This document shows positions 48,229 through 59,630 of a DNA stretch of 64,000 nt, in pieces. This DNA comes from Mobula hypostoma (lineage: Eukaryota): NCBI RefSeq assembly GCF_963921235.1, contig NC_086097.1, positions 16,120,001 to 16,184,000 on the forward strand, in the 5' to 3' direction. The notes under the pieces are model-generated. The model ran no database searches, had not been told where the DNA came from, and saw only the letters and a list, made by a program, of their open reading frames with translations. Position numbers and translations under genes: made by a program. The number at the start of each line of letters is the position of its first letter. Position 1 is the stretch's first letter.

Positions 48229-51200
48229 CTGAACTTGGACACACTGAGGCGGTGATCGGTCCAGCAGTCGGCACCACACATGGCTCTCGTCACTCTGACA
48301 TCCAACCTGTCCCTCTTCCTGGTGATGATGTAGTCAATCAGATGCCAGTGCTTCGAGCATGGGTGCATCCATGACGTCTTCTTATGGGTGGGTAGGCGGA
48401 GCAGGGTGTTGGTGATGACAAGGTCGTGTGTGGCACATGTCTTGAGGAGCAGAAGGCTGTTGTTATTGCACTTGCCAGTGCCGTGTCTTCCAATGATCCC
48501 TTCCCAGGTTTGGTAGTCTGTCCCTACTCTGGCATTGAAGTCCTCGAGAACGATGAGCTTCTCTGACTGTGGGATTGCTGAGATGAGGGCGTCGAGTTCT
48601 TCATAGAACTTTTCTTTAATGTCATCTGGGTTGGTCATGGTGGGAGCGTAGGCACTAATCAGCGTAGCACTCTTCTTGTTTGCAAGTGGGAGCTGAAGTG
48701 TCATCAGGCGGTCGTTGGTGCTCTCTGGGTGCTTGGTGAGTCTACGGGCGAGGTTAGAATTGATGGCAAATCCCACGCCTGCTTCTCATCGTTCAGCGCT
48801 GCTGCGACCGCTCCAGAAGAACGTGTATCCACCACTACGTTCTGTCAGCTGGCCCTTGTCTGCTAGGCACATTTCGCTGAGAGCTGCTATGTCCACGTTG
48901 TAGCGAGCTAGCTCTTTTGCAACCAGTGCAGTTCTTCTTTCTGGTCTGTCTGCCTTGATGTTAACTCACAGAGTTCTCACATTCCATGTGCCAAGGTTGA
49001 GCACCATCCCTTTCTTCTTCACTGTTTTAGGTCAACCGCTATGAGGGATCCCCACCAGCCGCGGTAAGCTGGCCAGGGTGAAGTGAAGCAGACTATGTTT
49101 GAGGCACCTTTTCTAGCCCCTTCCTCCATGGAGGTGAGCAGAGCGATCCTAAAGAGGGCTGCTCAGACACCCAGGGGGCTGCCGAACTCAACTGCTGCTT
49201 CGGTCCAGTAGAGAGCGACCCTATGCCCTGGGCCGCCTGTGTGCAGGTTTGTGACTACAGCTTCCAGTGTATCTGTACCTGCTGCTTCGCCACTCCCCCA
49301 TCGCCACAGGACTTTAGGTTGCGCGTTGGGTTTGAAGTCATGACTTGCGCTTGACTTGGATTAAAGTGAGGGAGAGTTGCGCAGGTCGTCAGCCTCACTC
49401 TCTCGTCCCGGCCTATCTGGACCCAGTGGCAAGACATAGTCGAGACGGCTGGAGATAGGTCAGGATGCAGTGGATGGCCAGCAGTGTTCTGTGTGTCTCA
49501 CTGTGCCCTCTTAGCGCTCCACGACGCATTGCTGAGAATCGCCTTTCTGCCCGTTGAACCAGTGATGGTTTCTTCCGCGCAGTCCGCCGAATCCAGACTT
49601 CACACGCTAGGTAGACAAGCCCTGAGTGTTGTGGGTCTACGGCAGTTCTTGCGGCGTGCTCACAAGCCTCCCTACCCAATGTTGGACATCCTCATCCGCC
49701 TTTGCAGCCATTGGGAGATGTCTCCTCTTCCGCCTGCTCCGCCATTGGGATGATCACCTTGGTTACTGGCCTATGGAAGTGGGCTCGCAGTTCGCCACCG
49801 CGCTGGCCGTACCAGGTGGCGGGGGCCGGCGGCGGCGGTGGCGGTCACGACGAGCGGCAGGCCAGCTCCAGGCCTCGGGCCTCGCCCCCTCTGCCTGCCG
49901 CCACCTCGCACTGGCTGCAGGCCGCCGACGGTGCGGTGGCGGCGGGCGGCCCGGGGCCAGGCCCCGGCCTCGGCCTCACCAAGAGGTAGCATCGTGCCTC
50001 CCCACACCGCGGCGACCAGAAGACGCACCGGCCCAGCCTGCTGCACCACTGCACCATCAACTGCACCCACCTATTTAAAGACTGCAAAGAGGCTGAATGT
50101 CTCCAAGCTGAAAAGCAGCAGGGTTGCAGAAGAATTCGTCGAAGACCTTGAAGGCAGACTGCCAGACACACCACAGGGAGACGGGACCAGCGTTGAGGAA
50201 CAGTGGATGGCCTTCAGAGGCGCTGTCTACACTACCGCCCTCGAACATCTCGGACCAGCAACCCGAAGAATCCAAGACTGGTTCGATGAGAATGATGAAG
50301 AAATACAGGCACTACTAACGGAGAATCATCAACATTACAGAGCGCATCAGAACGACCCCACGTCGCTAGCCAAGAAAGATGCCTTTACCAACGCAAGAAG
50401 AAAGGTGCAGAAAAAACTTCGCGAGATGCAGGACAGCTGGTTCAGCAAGAAGGCTGATGAAATCCAGGGCTATGCAGACAGCCACAACATAAAGCGCTTC
50501 TACGATGCGCTTAAGGCTGTATACGGACCCCAGTCCTCCGGCTTCTCATCCCTCCTCAACGAAGATGAGACGCAGCTGCTGACAGAGAAGAAGCAGATTC
50601 TGGATCGGTGGGCTGAGCACTTTAACAACGTCCTTAACCGCCCTGCCGACATCAACGACGAGGCCATTGCCCACTTGCCCCAGGTAGAGATCAACAAGAA
50701 CCTCGACACCCTCCCCGCAGTAGATGAAGTCAGGAAGGCAGTGAAGCAACTCTCCTGTGGCAGAGCACCAGGACCCGATGCAATCCCTGCTGAGGTATAC
50801 AAAGCAGGAGGCCCTGTCGTGATGCAAAAGCTGACTGTACTCTTCCAGTCCATGTGGAAAAAGGGACAGGTCCCGCAACAGCTGAAAGATGCCAGCATAG
50901 TCCACATCTACAAGAGGAAAGGCAACTGCCAGTCTTGCAACAACCACCGAGACATCTCCCTCTTGTCCGTTGCGGGGAAGATTCTGGCCCGCATCCCGCT
51001 CAACCGCCTTCTCCAACATCTTGAGCAAGGTCTGCTCCCAGAAAGCCAGTGCGGCTTCCGTGCTGAACGTGGGACCGCGGACATGGTTTTGGCTGCGCGC
51101 CAACTCCAGGAAAAATGCCAGGAGCAACACAGCGACCTCTTCGTGACCTTTGTCGATCTAACCAAGGCTTTCAATACGGTCAGCAGAGAAGGCTTGTGGA

Positions 51201-52527
51201 AGATCATGGAGAAGTCTGGCTGCCCCAGCAAGTTCATCATAATCGTCTGGCAGTTCCACGACGGTATGATGGTGAAAGTTCTGGATGACGGCGACGAGTT
51301 GGAGGCCTTCCCAGTGACAAATGGCGTCAAACAAAGCTGCATTCTTGCCCCGACTCTGTTCAGTATGGTACTCTCTGCCATGCTGACAGATGCCTTCCGT
51401 AACTACGAAGAAGGAATCCACGTCAGGTACAGGACTGACGGCAGGTTGTTCAACTTTAGGTGCCTGCAGGCAGTTACAAAGGTGCGAGAGACTGTCATCA
51501 GAGACTTCTTGTTTGCTGATGACTGTGCACTCAACGCCAGCACAGAGCAGGAGATGCAGCGTGAAATGGACTGCTTCTCACAAGCCTGCGACAACTTCGG
51601 TCTCACTATCAGCACCAAAAAGACCTAAGTTTTGTACCAGCCTGCCCCAGGAAAGCCATACCAGGAGCCACGCGTCACGGTGAAGGGTCAGAACCTCCAG
51701 GCAGTCGACAACTTCACCTACCTGGGCAGCATACTCTCTCGCGCAGTGAACATAGACACTGAGGTCAACAACAGGATTGCCAAAGCCAGCGCCGCCTTTG
51801 GGAGACTCTGTGAGAACGTCTGGGAGTGGAGAGGACTCAGCCTTACCACCAAGCTGAAGGTCTACTGTGCAGTGGTCCTTACCACCCTCCTTTACGCCAG
51901 TGAGACCTGGACTCTCTACAGCAGACACGCCAAACAGCTCAACCACTTTCACCTGAGCTGTCTCCGCAGACTCCTCCACATCAGGTGGCAGGACAAAGTC
52001 CCCGACACGGAAATCCTGGAATGAGCTGGGCTCTGCAGCATCTACGCCCTCCTGCTGAAAGCCCATGCCAGGTGGACTGGACATGTGGTCAGAATGCTAG
52101 ACAGCCGACTGCCTAAGCAGCTGCTGTACGGAGAACTGTGTCAGGGCAAGCACTCAGTCGGGGAGGCAGAAGAAATGTTATAAAGACTGCCTCAAAGCGT
52201 CCCTCAAAGGCCTGGGTGTTGACATCAACACATGGGAGACGCTTGCCCTCGACCGTCCAGCTTGGCACAGCAAGATTCACCACAGGAGCCCGTGTAGCTG
52301 AAGTCAGGCGCATCATCGAGGCGCAACGAAAGCGTGCTGTGCGCAAGGCCCGAGCAGCATCCACTGCCACGACAGCACCCACCCACTTGTGTCCCACATG
52401 TGGGCAAGCCTTCAGGGCCCGGATTGGCCTCATCAGTCACCTCCGGACCCACAGCCACCAATCTCCCATTTGACTTTGAAGCCATGGTCATCTTCGACTA
52501 CGAAGGACGAACAACAACAACAACAAC
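48229..52527 (+). mobile_element. RTE LINE copy 1 with inverted 5' segment (48229 to about 50070 reverse; 50078-52527 forward), (CAA)n tail, 12-bp TSD
   Basis: EN on minus (SAYAPT, WTDHRL), RT on plus (PESQCGFR, FVDLTKAF, LFADDCAL), C-terminal CxxC...H...H; ATATTTCTCAGT at 48217-48228 and ATATTTCTGAGT at 52528-52539. Confidence 0.93.
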
Positions 52528-52814
52528 ATATTTCTGAGTGGTCTACACCCATGTTCTCTTCTCCCATATAATGGATTTATTATCCATATTAGTATCTAAA
52601 CTATCCCCTGAGACAAAGGTAGAGACATTAGTAAAAGGAAGGTAGCTATCACAAATAAAGCATGTGAATGTGAAAGCAAGGTGGAGTTGACCATAGAAGC
52701 AGTGAAAATTTTGATTCAAGCACTGGAACCTGCCCAATACATTTATCAATTTAATGGAAAAAGAATTGAGGGAAGGGGGCTGGACAGGGTTGAAGCAAGC
52801 ATTGTTCATGTTTC

Positions 52815-53056
52815 CTATAGCTGCACACCACTGTTGTAATGCATTGTTATTTGAGTTACTGTCACCTTCCTGTCAGCTTGAACCATTCAGTCTAGCCTTT
52901 TTCCTCTGACCTCTCTCATTAACAAGGCTATTGGATATTTTGTTTCTAAATTTGAAGCACCATTTTCTGAAACTAGAGACTGTTGTGTTTGAAAATCCGA
53001 GGAAATCACCAGTTTCTGAGATACTCAAACCACCCCATCTGGCACCAATAATCATC
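52815..53056 (-). mobile_element. Tc1-like transposase N-terminal HTH remnant
   Basis: MIIGARWGGLSISETGDFLGFSNTTVS...ERGQRKKARL. Confidence 0.7.
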
Positions 53057-53059
53057 ATC

Positions 53060-56000
53060 TCCACCCACCTCCCTTTTCCATATAACCCTTAATTCCCCTA
53101 CTATACAAAAATGTATCTAACCTTGTTTTAAATATATTTACTGAGGTAGCCTCCACTGCTTCATTGGGCAGAGAATTCCATAGATTCACTACTCTCTGGG
53201 AAAAGCAGTTCCTCCTCATTCTGTCCTAAATTTACTCCCCGGAATCTTGAGGCTATGTCCCCTAGTTCTGGTCTCACTTACCAGTGGAAAGAACTTTCCT
53301 GCCTCTATCTTATCTATCCCTTTTATAATTTTATGTTTCTGTAAGACCTCCTCTCCAGAACCAGACACTAGACACTAGAATACTACAGCACAGTACAGGC
53401 CCTCAGCCCTCGACGTGGGGTGGACCCATATATTATTTTTAAAAGGGTATTAAACCCACCGTACCCCGTAATCCTCTATTTTTCTTTCATCCTTGTGCCT
53501 GTCCAAGAGGCTCTTAAATACCCCGAATGTTTTAGCCTCCACCACCATCCCTGGCAAGTCATTCCAGGCACCCACAACCCTCTGTGTAAAAAAAAATTAT
53601 CCCTTATGTCTCCCCTAAAATTCCCTCCCTTAACTTTGTACATACGCCCTCTGGTGTTTGCTACTCGTGCCCTGGGAAACAGGTACTGGCTATCCACCCT
53701 ATCTATGCCTCTCATAATCTTGTAGACCTCTATCAAGTCCCCTCTCATCCTTCCACGTTCCAAAGAGCAAAGTCCCAGCTCTGCTAACCTTGCTTTCCAA
53801 TCCAGGCAACATCCTGGTAAATCTCCTCTGCACCCTCTCCATAGCTTCCACATCCTTCCTATAATGAGGTGACCAGAACTGAACACAATACTCTTAAAAG
53901 TGTGGTCTCACCAGAGATTTGTCGAGTTGCAACATGACCTCTCTACTCTTTAACTCAATCCCCCTATTAGTGAAGCCTAGCATCCCATAGGCCTTCTTAA
54001 CTATCCTATCAACCTGTGCAGCGACCTTGAGGGATATATGGATTTGAACCCCAAGGTCCCTCTATTCATCCACACTCTTAAGTAACCTACCATTAATCCT
54101 GTACTCAGCCTTCTGGTTTGTCCTTCCAAAATGCATCACCTCACACTTATCCGGATTGAACTCCATCTGCCATCTTTCTGCCCAACTCTGTATCCTGTCT
54201 ATATCCTCTTGTAACCTTCGACAACCTACAGCTCCATCCACAACTCCTCCAAGTTGTGTCATCCACAAATTTACTCACCCATCCTTCCGCCTCTTCATCC
54301 AGGTAATTTATAAAAATCACAAGGAGCAGGGGTCCCAGGACAGATCCTTGCGGCACTCCACTAGTCACTGACCTCCAGGCAGAATACTTTCCTTCCACTA
54401 CTACCCTCTGCTTTCTTCCTGTAAGCCAATTTTTTATCCAAACAGCCAAGGTTCCACTGATCCCATGCCTCATGACTTTCTGGATGAGTCTCTCATGGGG
54501 GACCTTGTCAAATGCCTTGCTAAAATCCATGTAGACCAGATCTACCATCCTACCCTCATCAATTTCTTTTGTTACCTCTTCAAAAAACTCAATTAGGCTC
54601 GTGAGGCAAGACCTTCCCTTCACAAAGCCACGTTGACTATCCTTGAGTAGACTGTACTTCTCCAAATGCTCGTAGATCCTATCCTTAAGAATCCTTTCCA
54701 ATAGTTTGCAGACCACCGACATAAGACATAGGTCTATAGTTCTCAGAATTCTCCCTATTACCTTTTTTAAACAAGGGAACTACATTTGCCATTCTCCAAT
54801 CCTCCAGCACCTCCCCTGCAGCTAAAGAGGATTCAAAGGTCACAGCCACTGCTCCAGCAATCTCTTCTCTCACTTCCCACAGCAACCTGGGGTATATCAC
54901 GTCCAACCCTGGGGACTTATCAATCTTGATGTTTTTAAGAAGATCCAACACTTCTTCCTTAATCTCCACATGGTCCAGCACACAGGCCTGTTCTATTTCG
55001 ACCTCACCCTGATCAAGGTCCTTTTCACTTGTGAATACTGAAGCAAAGTATTCATTTAGGACCTCTCCAACATCCTCCGCCTCCAGGCACATGTTGCTTT
55101 CTTTATTCTTTAGCAGCCCCACCTTCATTCTTGTCATCCTTCTGTTCTTCACATACACATAGGACATCTTGGGGTTCTGTTTAATCCTACGTGACAAGGC
55201 CTTCTCATGCCCCCTTCGAGCTCTCTTAAGTCCTTTCTTAAACTCCTTCCTGGCTACCCTATATTTCTCATGAGCCCTCCTGCTTCCTGCTTCTTATATC
55301 TAACGTATGCTTCCTTCTTCCTCTTGACGAGTTGCTTCACGTGTTTCATCAGCCACGGTTCCCTTTTCCTACCATTTTTTCCTTGTCTCAATGGGACAAA
55401 CCTATCCTGAACCCAGCACAAGTGGTCCCTAAACTTCCTCCACATTACTTCTGTGCTTTCACCCTTGAACATCTGTTTTCAATTTACTCTCGCTAGTTCC
55501 TGCCTCATCCCTTCATAGTTAGCCCTTCCCAGTTAAGAACTTTCCCATTTTGTCTGTTTTTATCCTTTTCCATAGCTATGCTGAAGCTAAGGGAGTTGTG
55601 GTCACTCTCACCAAAATGCTCCCCCACTAAGAGGTCTGCCACCTGACCAGGTTCATTACCCAGAACTAGATCCAGTGTGGCCTTCCTTCTCGTCGGCCGG
55701 TTCACATACTGTGTCAGGAATCCTTCTTGAACACACCTGACAAATTCAGCCCCATCTATCCCCCTTGCAGTCAGGAGGTGCCAGTCAATATGAGGGAAGT
55801 TGAAATCACCCATTAACTACAACCCTGCATTTCCTGCACCATTCTAAAATCTGCCTGCTTATCTGCTCCTCGGTGTCCCGAGGGCTATTTGGGGGCCTAT
55901 AGACTACTCCCAGTGCCCTTCTGAAATCCAGCAAGTACAGTCACAGGTGACTCAATCTCTCCTCATCTCTGGAATCAACCTGGTGAACCTCCTCTGCACT

Positions 56001-57600
56001 GCTTCCAGCCAGTATATCCCTCCTCAAGTAAGGAGACCAGAACTGCACACAGTACTCCAGATGCAGCCTCAGCAGTACCCTCCTGTACAGTTGCAGCATA
56101 ACCTCCCTGCTCTTAATTTCAATCCCTCTAGCAATGAAGACCAATATTCCATTTGCCTTCTTAAAAGTGTGACGACAAACCAAGTTATCAGAAGATTGAT
56201 GCTAATGAGAGAGAGATAAGGCAGACAATGGAGAAATGTTTAAAATGTTAATGAGAGAGGAGAGAGAGAGATAATGGAAAAGAAACACAATTCAGAATGT
56301 TGACAGACCGGTTGCTTTGAACCTGAACTGTTTAAAGTTTGATGGACAGGCGATACCCCAGCAGGGGGATAAAAAGAACAGGTTCGCTAAGTCACGGGAC
56401 ACACCACGAGATCACAAGATAACGAGACCCCTGGAAAGAGTGGTGTGCCCCCACAAGTTGTGGGAGTTTAGAGGTCTGGTTCGCAGGAACCGACCATAGG
56501 CTCACCGGGTGTAAAGGTACGATCGGTGGGGACCTGGTGTGTGTGTCCGCCCTTGCCTGGGTGCCGGGTTCACCGCGGAAGTACGGTCGTATTCGGAACA
56601 GAAGGGTCACAGTCGGTGACCACAGCGGGACAGAAGATATAAAAGGGTCCGCCTGAAACCACCTGTGAACATCAAAGGTCTGCCTGAATCAAATTTGCAT
56701 ATCTCTCTCTCTCTCTTTCTCTCTCTCTCTCCCTCCCTCCCCCAACGGAACAACAACGATTACTGCGAACTGCACTAAGCTGAACTGAACTCTGCATCAC
56801 TTAAGACTGATCATTTTACCCCTAGACTGTGATAGAGCTTGGTTGATTCCTATTACCCTAGTTCAGTGTACATGTGTGTTTTATCATTGCTAACCTGTTG
56901 CATTTATATCCTTACGATTAGAGTACTGTGTTACTTATTTCTTAATAAAACTTTATTAGTTTCTAGTAAACCAGACTCCAACACGTGGTCCATTTCTGCT
57001 GGCTTGGCAACCCAGTTACGGGGTACGTAACAATAGCCTGCTGCACCTGCAAACCAACCTTTTTGCAATTCATGCACAAGCACTCCCAAGTCCCTCTGCA
57101 CAGCAGAAAGCTGCAATTTTTACCATTTAAATGATAATCTGATCTTCCATTGTCCCTTCCAAAGTGGATGACCTTGCATTTACCAACATTGTAGTCCATC
57201 TGCCAGACTCTTGCCCACTCACTTAACCTATCTATATCCCTCTGCAGACTCACTGTATCTCCTGCACAATTTGCTTTTCCACTCAATTTAGTTTCAGCAA
57301 ACTCAGATACACTACCCTCAGTCCCCTCTTCCAAATCGTTAATGTTAGATCATGAACAGCGGTGGGTTCAGCGACAACCCTGCAGCACACCACTCACCAC
57401 TGATTGCCAACCAGAGAAACACCTGTGCATCCCACCCCTCTGCTTTGTATTAGTTAACCAATTCTCTATCCATGCTAATACATTACCCCCAACTTTATGC
57501 ATCTTTATCTTATGGATAAATCTTTTACGTGGCACATTATCAAATGTCTTCTGGAAATCCAAGTAAATAACATCCATCTGTTCCTCTCTATCTACTACAC
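53060..57600 (-). mobile_element. Nested CR1 LINEs: outer copy (about 53060-53355 and 55915-57600) and inner copy (about 53360-55912)
   Basis: ORFs 53476-55813 ([28 protein letters not shown]) with (tctagtg) tail; outer DVIYLDFQKTFD, KKANGILVFIARG. Confidence 0.88.
56168..57032 (+). mobile_element. Solo LTR nested in CR1
   Basis: TGTGAC...GTAACA; flanks AAAG/ATAG; TATA-like gatataaaa at about 56637 and AATAAA at about 56944. Confidence 0.85.
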
Positions 57601-57841
57601 TTGTTATATCCTCAAAAAAACTCCACTAAGTTTTGTTGTTGCATGAATGAAGTCACCAGAGAAAAGTTACTGGTAGGTACAAAGCAACTTCTTTATTTGA
57701 CAAAACAAGGTACAGCAGGCATCATATGGATACACTTTCGGTGGAAAGGTCTGCTGACCCAATGTGGGGCTCCATATTTTGTGTGCTAGATATCAAAGGA
57801 CAATTCCACATTTACAATGTATGGACAATGCTTTCTTTGAA

Positions 57842-58519
57842 ATCATGTTGTGGGGGTACTTTGCTGCAGGAGGGACTGGTGCACTTCACAAAATAAATGG
57901 CATCATGAGGAAGGAAAATTATGTGGATATATTGAAGCAACATCTCAAGACATCAGCCAGGAAGTTAAAGCTCGGTGGCAGATGAGTCTTCCAAATGGAC
58001 AATGACCCAAAGCATAACTCCAAAGTTGTGGCAAAATTGCTTAAGAACAAAAAAGTCAAGGTATTGGAGTGGCCATCACAAAGCCCTGACCTCAATCTGA
58101 TAGAAATTTTGTGGGCAGAACTGAGAAAGCATGTGCGAGCAAGGAGGCCTACAAACCTGACTCAGTTACACCAGTTCTGTCTGGAGGATTGGAACAAAGT
58201 TCCAGCAATTTACTGTGAGAAGCTTGTGGAAGACAACCCAAAACATTTGACCCAAGTTAAACAATTTAAAGGCAACGCTATGAAATACTAACAAAGTGTA
58301 TGTAAACTTCTAGCCCACTGGGAATGTGATTAAAGAAATAAAAGCTGAAATAAATCATTCTTTCTACTATTATTCTGACATTTCACATTCTTGAAATAAA
58401 GTAGTGATCCTAACTGACCTAAGACAGGGAACGTTTTCGAGGATTAAATGTCAGGAATTGTGAAAAACTAAGTTTAAATGTATTTGGCTAAGGTGTATGT
58501 AAACTTCTGACTTCAACTG
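57842..58519 (+). mobile_element. Sleeping Beauty/salmonid-subfamily Tc1 remnant: transposase C-terminal part plus right IR/DR, followed by TA
   Basis: IMLWGYFAAGGTGALHKINGIMRKENYVDILKQHLKTSARKLKL...FQMDNDPKH...EWPSQSPDLN...QVKQFKGNAMKY*; DR gtgtatgtaaacttct at about 58296 and 58493; end acttcaactg|TA. Confidence 0.92.
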
Positions 58520-58723
58520 TACATACAACCTTCACACCTCCCGATTCACATCCACACCACAGAATTTTAATCAGCATTGTCTGGACTGGGACTCACAGCT
58601 TTTAGGAACCCATTGGTCAGAGCTGCACTCCAAATGAAATGTACAATACATTTCCAGATGTGAAGACTGATAGCCAAAGTCAATTGTTAAATGTACATGT
58701 CCTAAACCCAAAAATCACTCTAA

Positions 58724-59623
58724 GGCTACGTCCACACTAGACCAGATAATTTTGAAAATGCCGGTTTTGGGTAAAAATGATAGGCGTCCACACCAGGCGT
58801 TTTTGAAAATACCTCCATCCACATTAAAATGGGTATTTGAGCAAACTTCCTCCTACTGGGCATACACAGGACACAGCTACAGAATTCACCTGCTTCGACA
58901 AGTATGCCCGACTCTGACAGTTTGGACCAAGCAACAGGTAATGGCTGTGACATGTTTGGTGTGGAATCTCGCCGTGAAAGACTTGATGCATATTTGTCTA
59001 GTTACAGACTAGAAAAATTTAAAAGGAAATTGCCAAACGACGGACAGCTGTTGGCTCTCACGCAGGAGGACTTAAGACTAAAAAAATAAATACTGGAGCG
59101 TAAGGAGGCAACCGACAGAGAGTTCACGGACAGTATGACCCAGCTGACGACGAACATTGAAAAATGGGCTAACTCTGTTGCAGAGGGATTTACAATGATG
59201 AGGAATATGATAGCACCCCCCCCCAGTACTTTTCACCGCCACAATACCAGCCTCACAGCCACTACAATAGCTACACATATGGACACACAGACCCCCGGGT
59301 GGCCCCACCAACATCTTCCCCATTCCCACAGAGGGGTCACCCTGGAAACATTTCCTATAGCCATAGTCTCTTCACCGATGGAAGAGACCACAGCTACAAC
59401 TAAATGCAATAAGGCTTGTTACTGGGCAAAAGTGAAATTTGCTGTTACCTCATTTGTTTGCCTTTACTTTTGCCATGTCTTTCCGTATTATTTTGCTGTA
59501 TTTAACATGTACAATAAAACGAGTTACTGGGCAAAAGTGATTTTATTTTTACCTGAGTAAAAGTGAAACTTACAATTTTCCTTTTTTGGCCCTAACATTT
59601 TCAAATGTTACTAAACATAAGCT
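58724..59623 (+). mobile_element. PIF/Harbinger-like DNA transposon (left TIR plus Myb/SANT-partner-like gene remnant), interrupted by RTE; probably continues at 63843-64000
   Basis: TAA|GGCTACGTCCACACT terminus; KFKRKLPNDGQLLALTQEDLRLKK...MTQLTTNIEKWANSVAEGFTMMRNM coiled segment. Confidence 0.6.
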
Positions 59624-59630
59624 ACTACTT

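Noticed and set aside
49838..51628. 596-aa ORF with a novel-looking Pro/Arg-rich N-terminus fused to RT
   Set aside because: Artefact of the inverted GC-rich 5' leader reading into the forward RTE frame across the inversion junction
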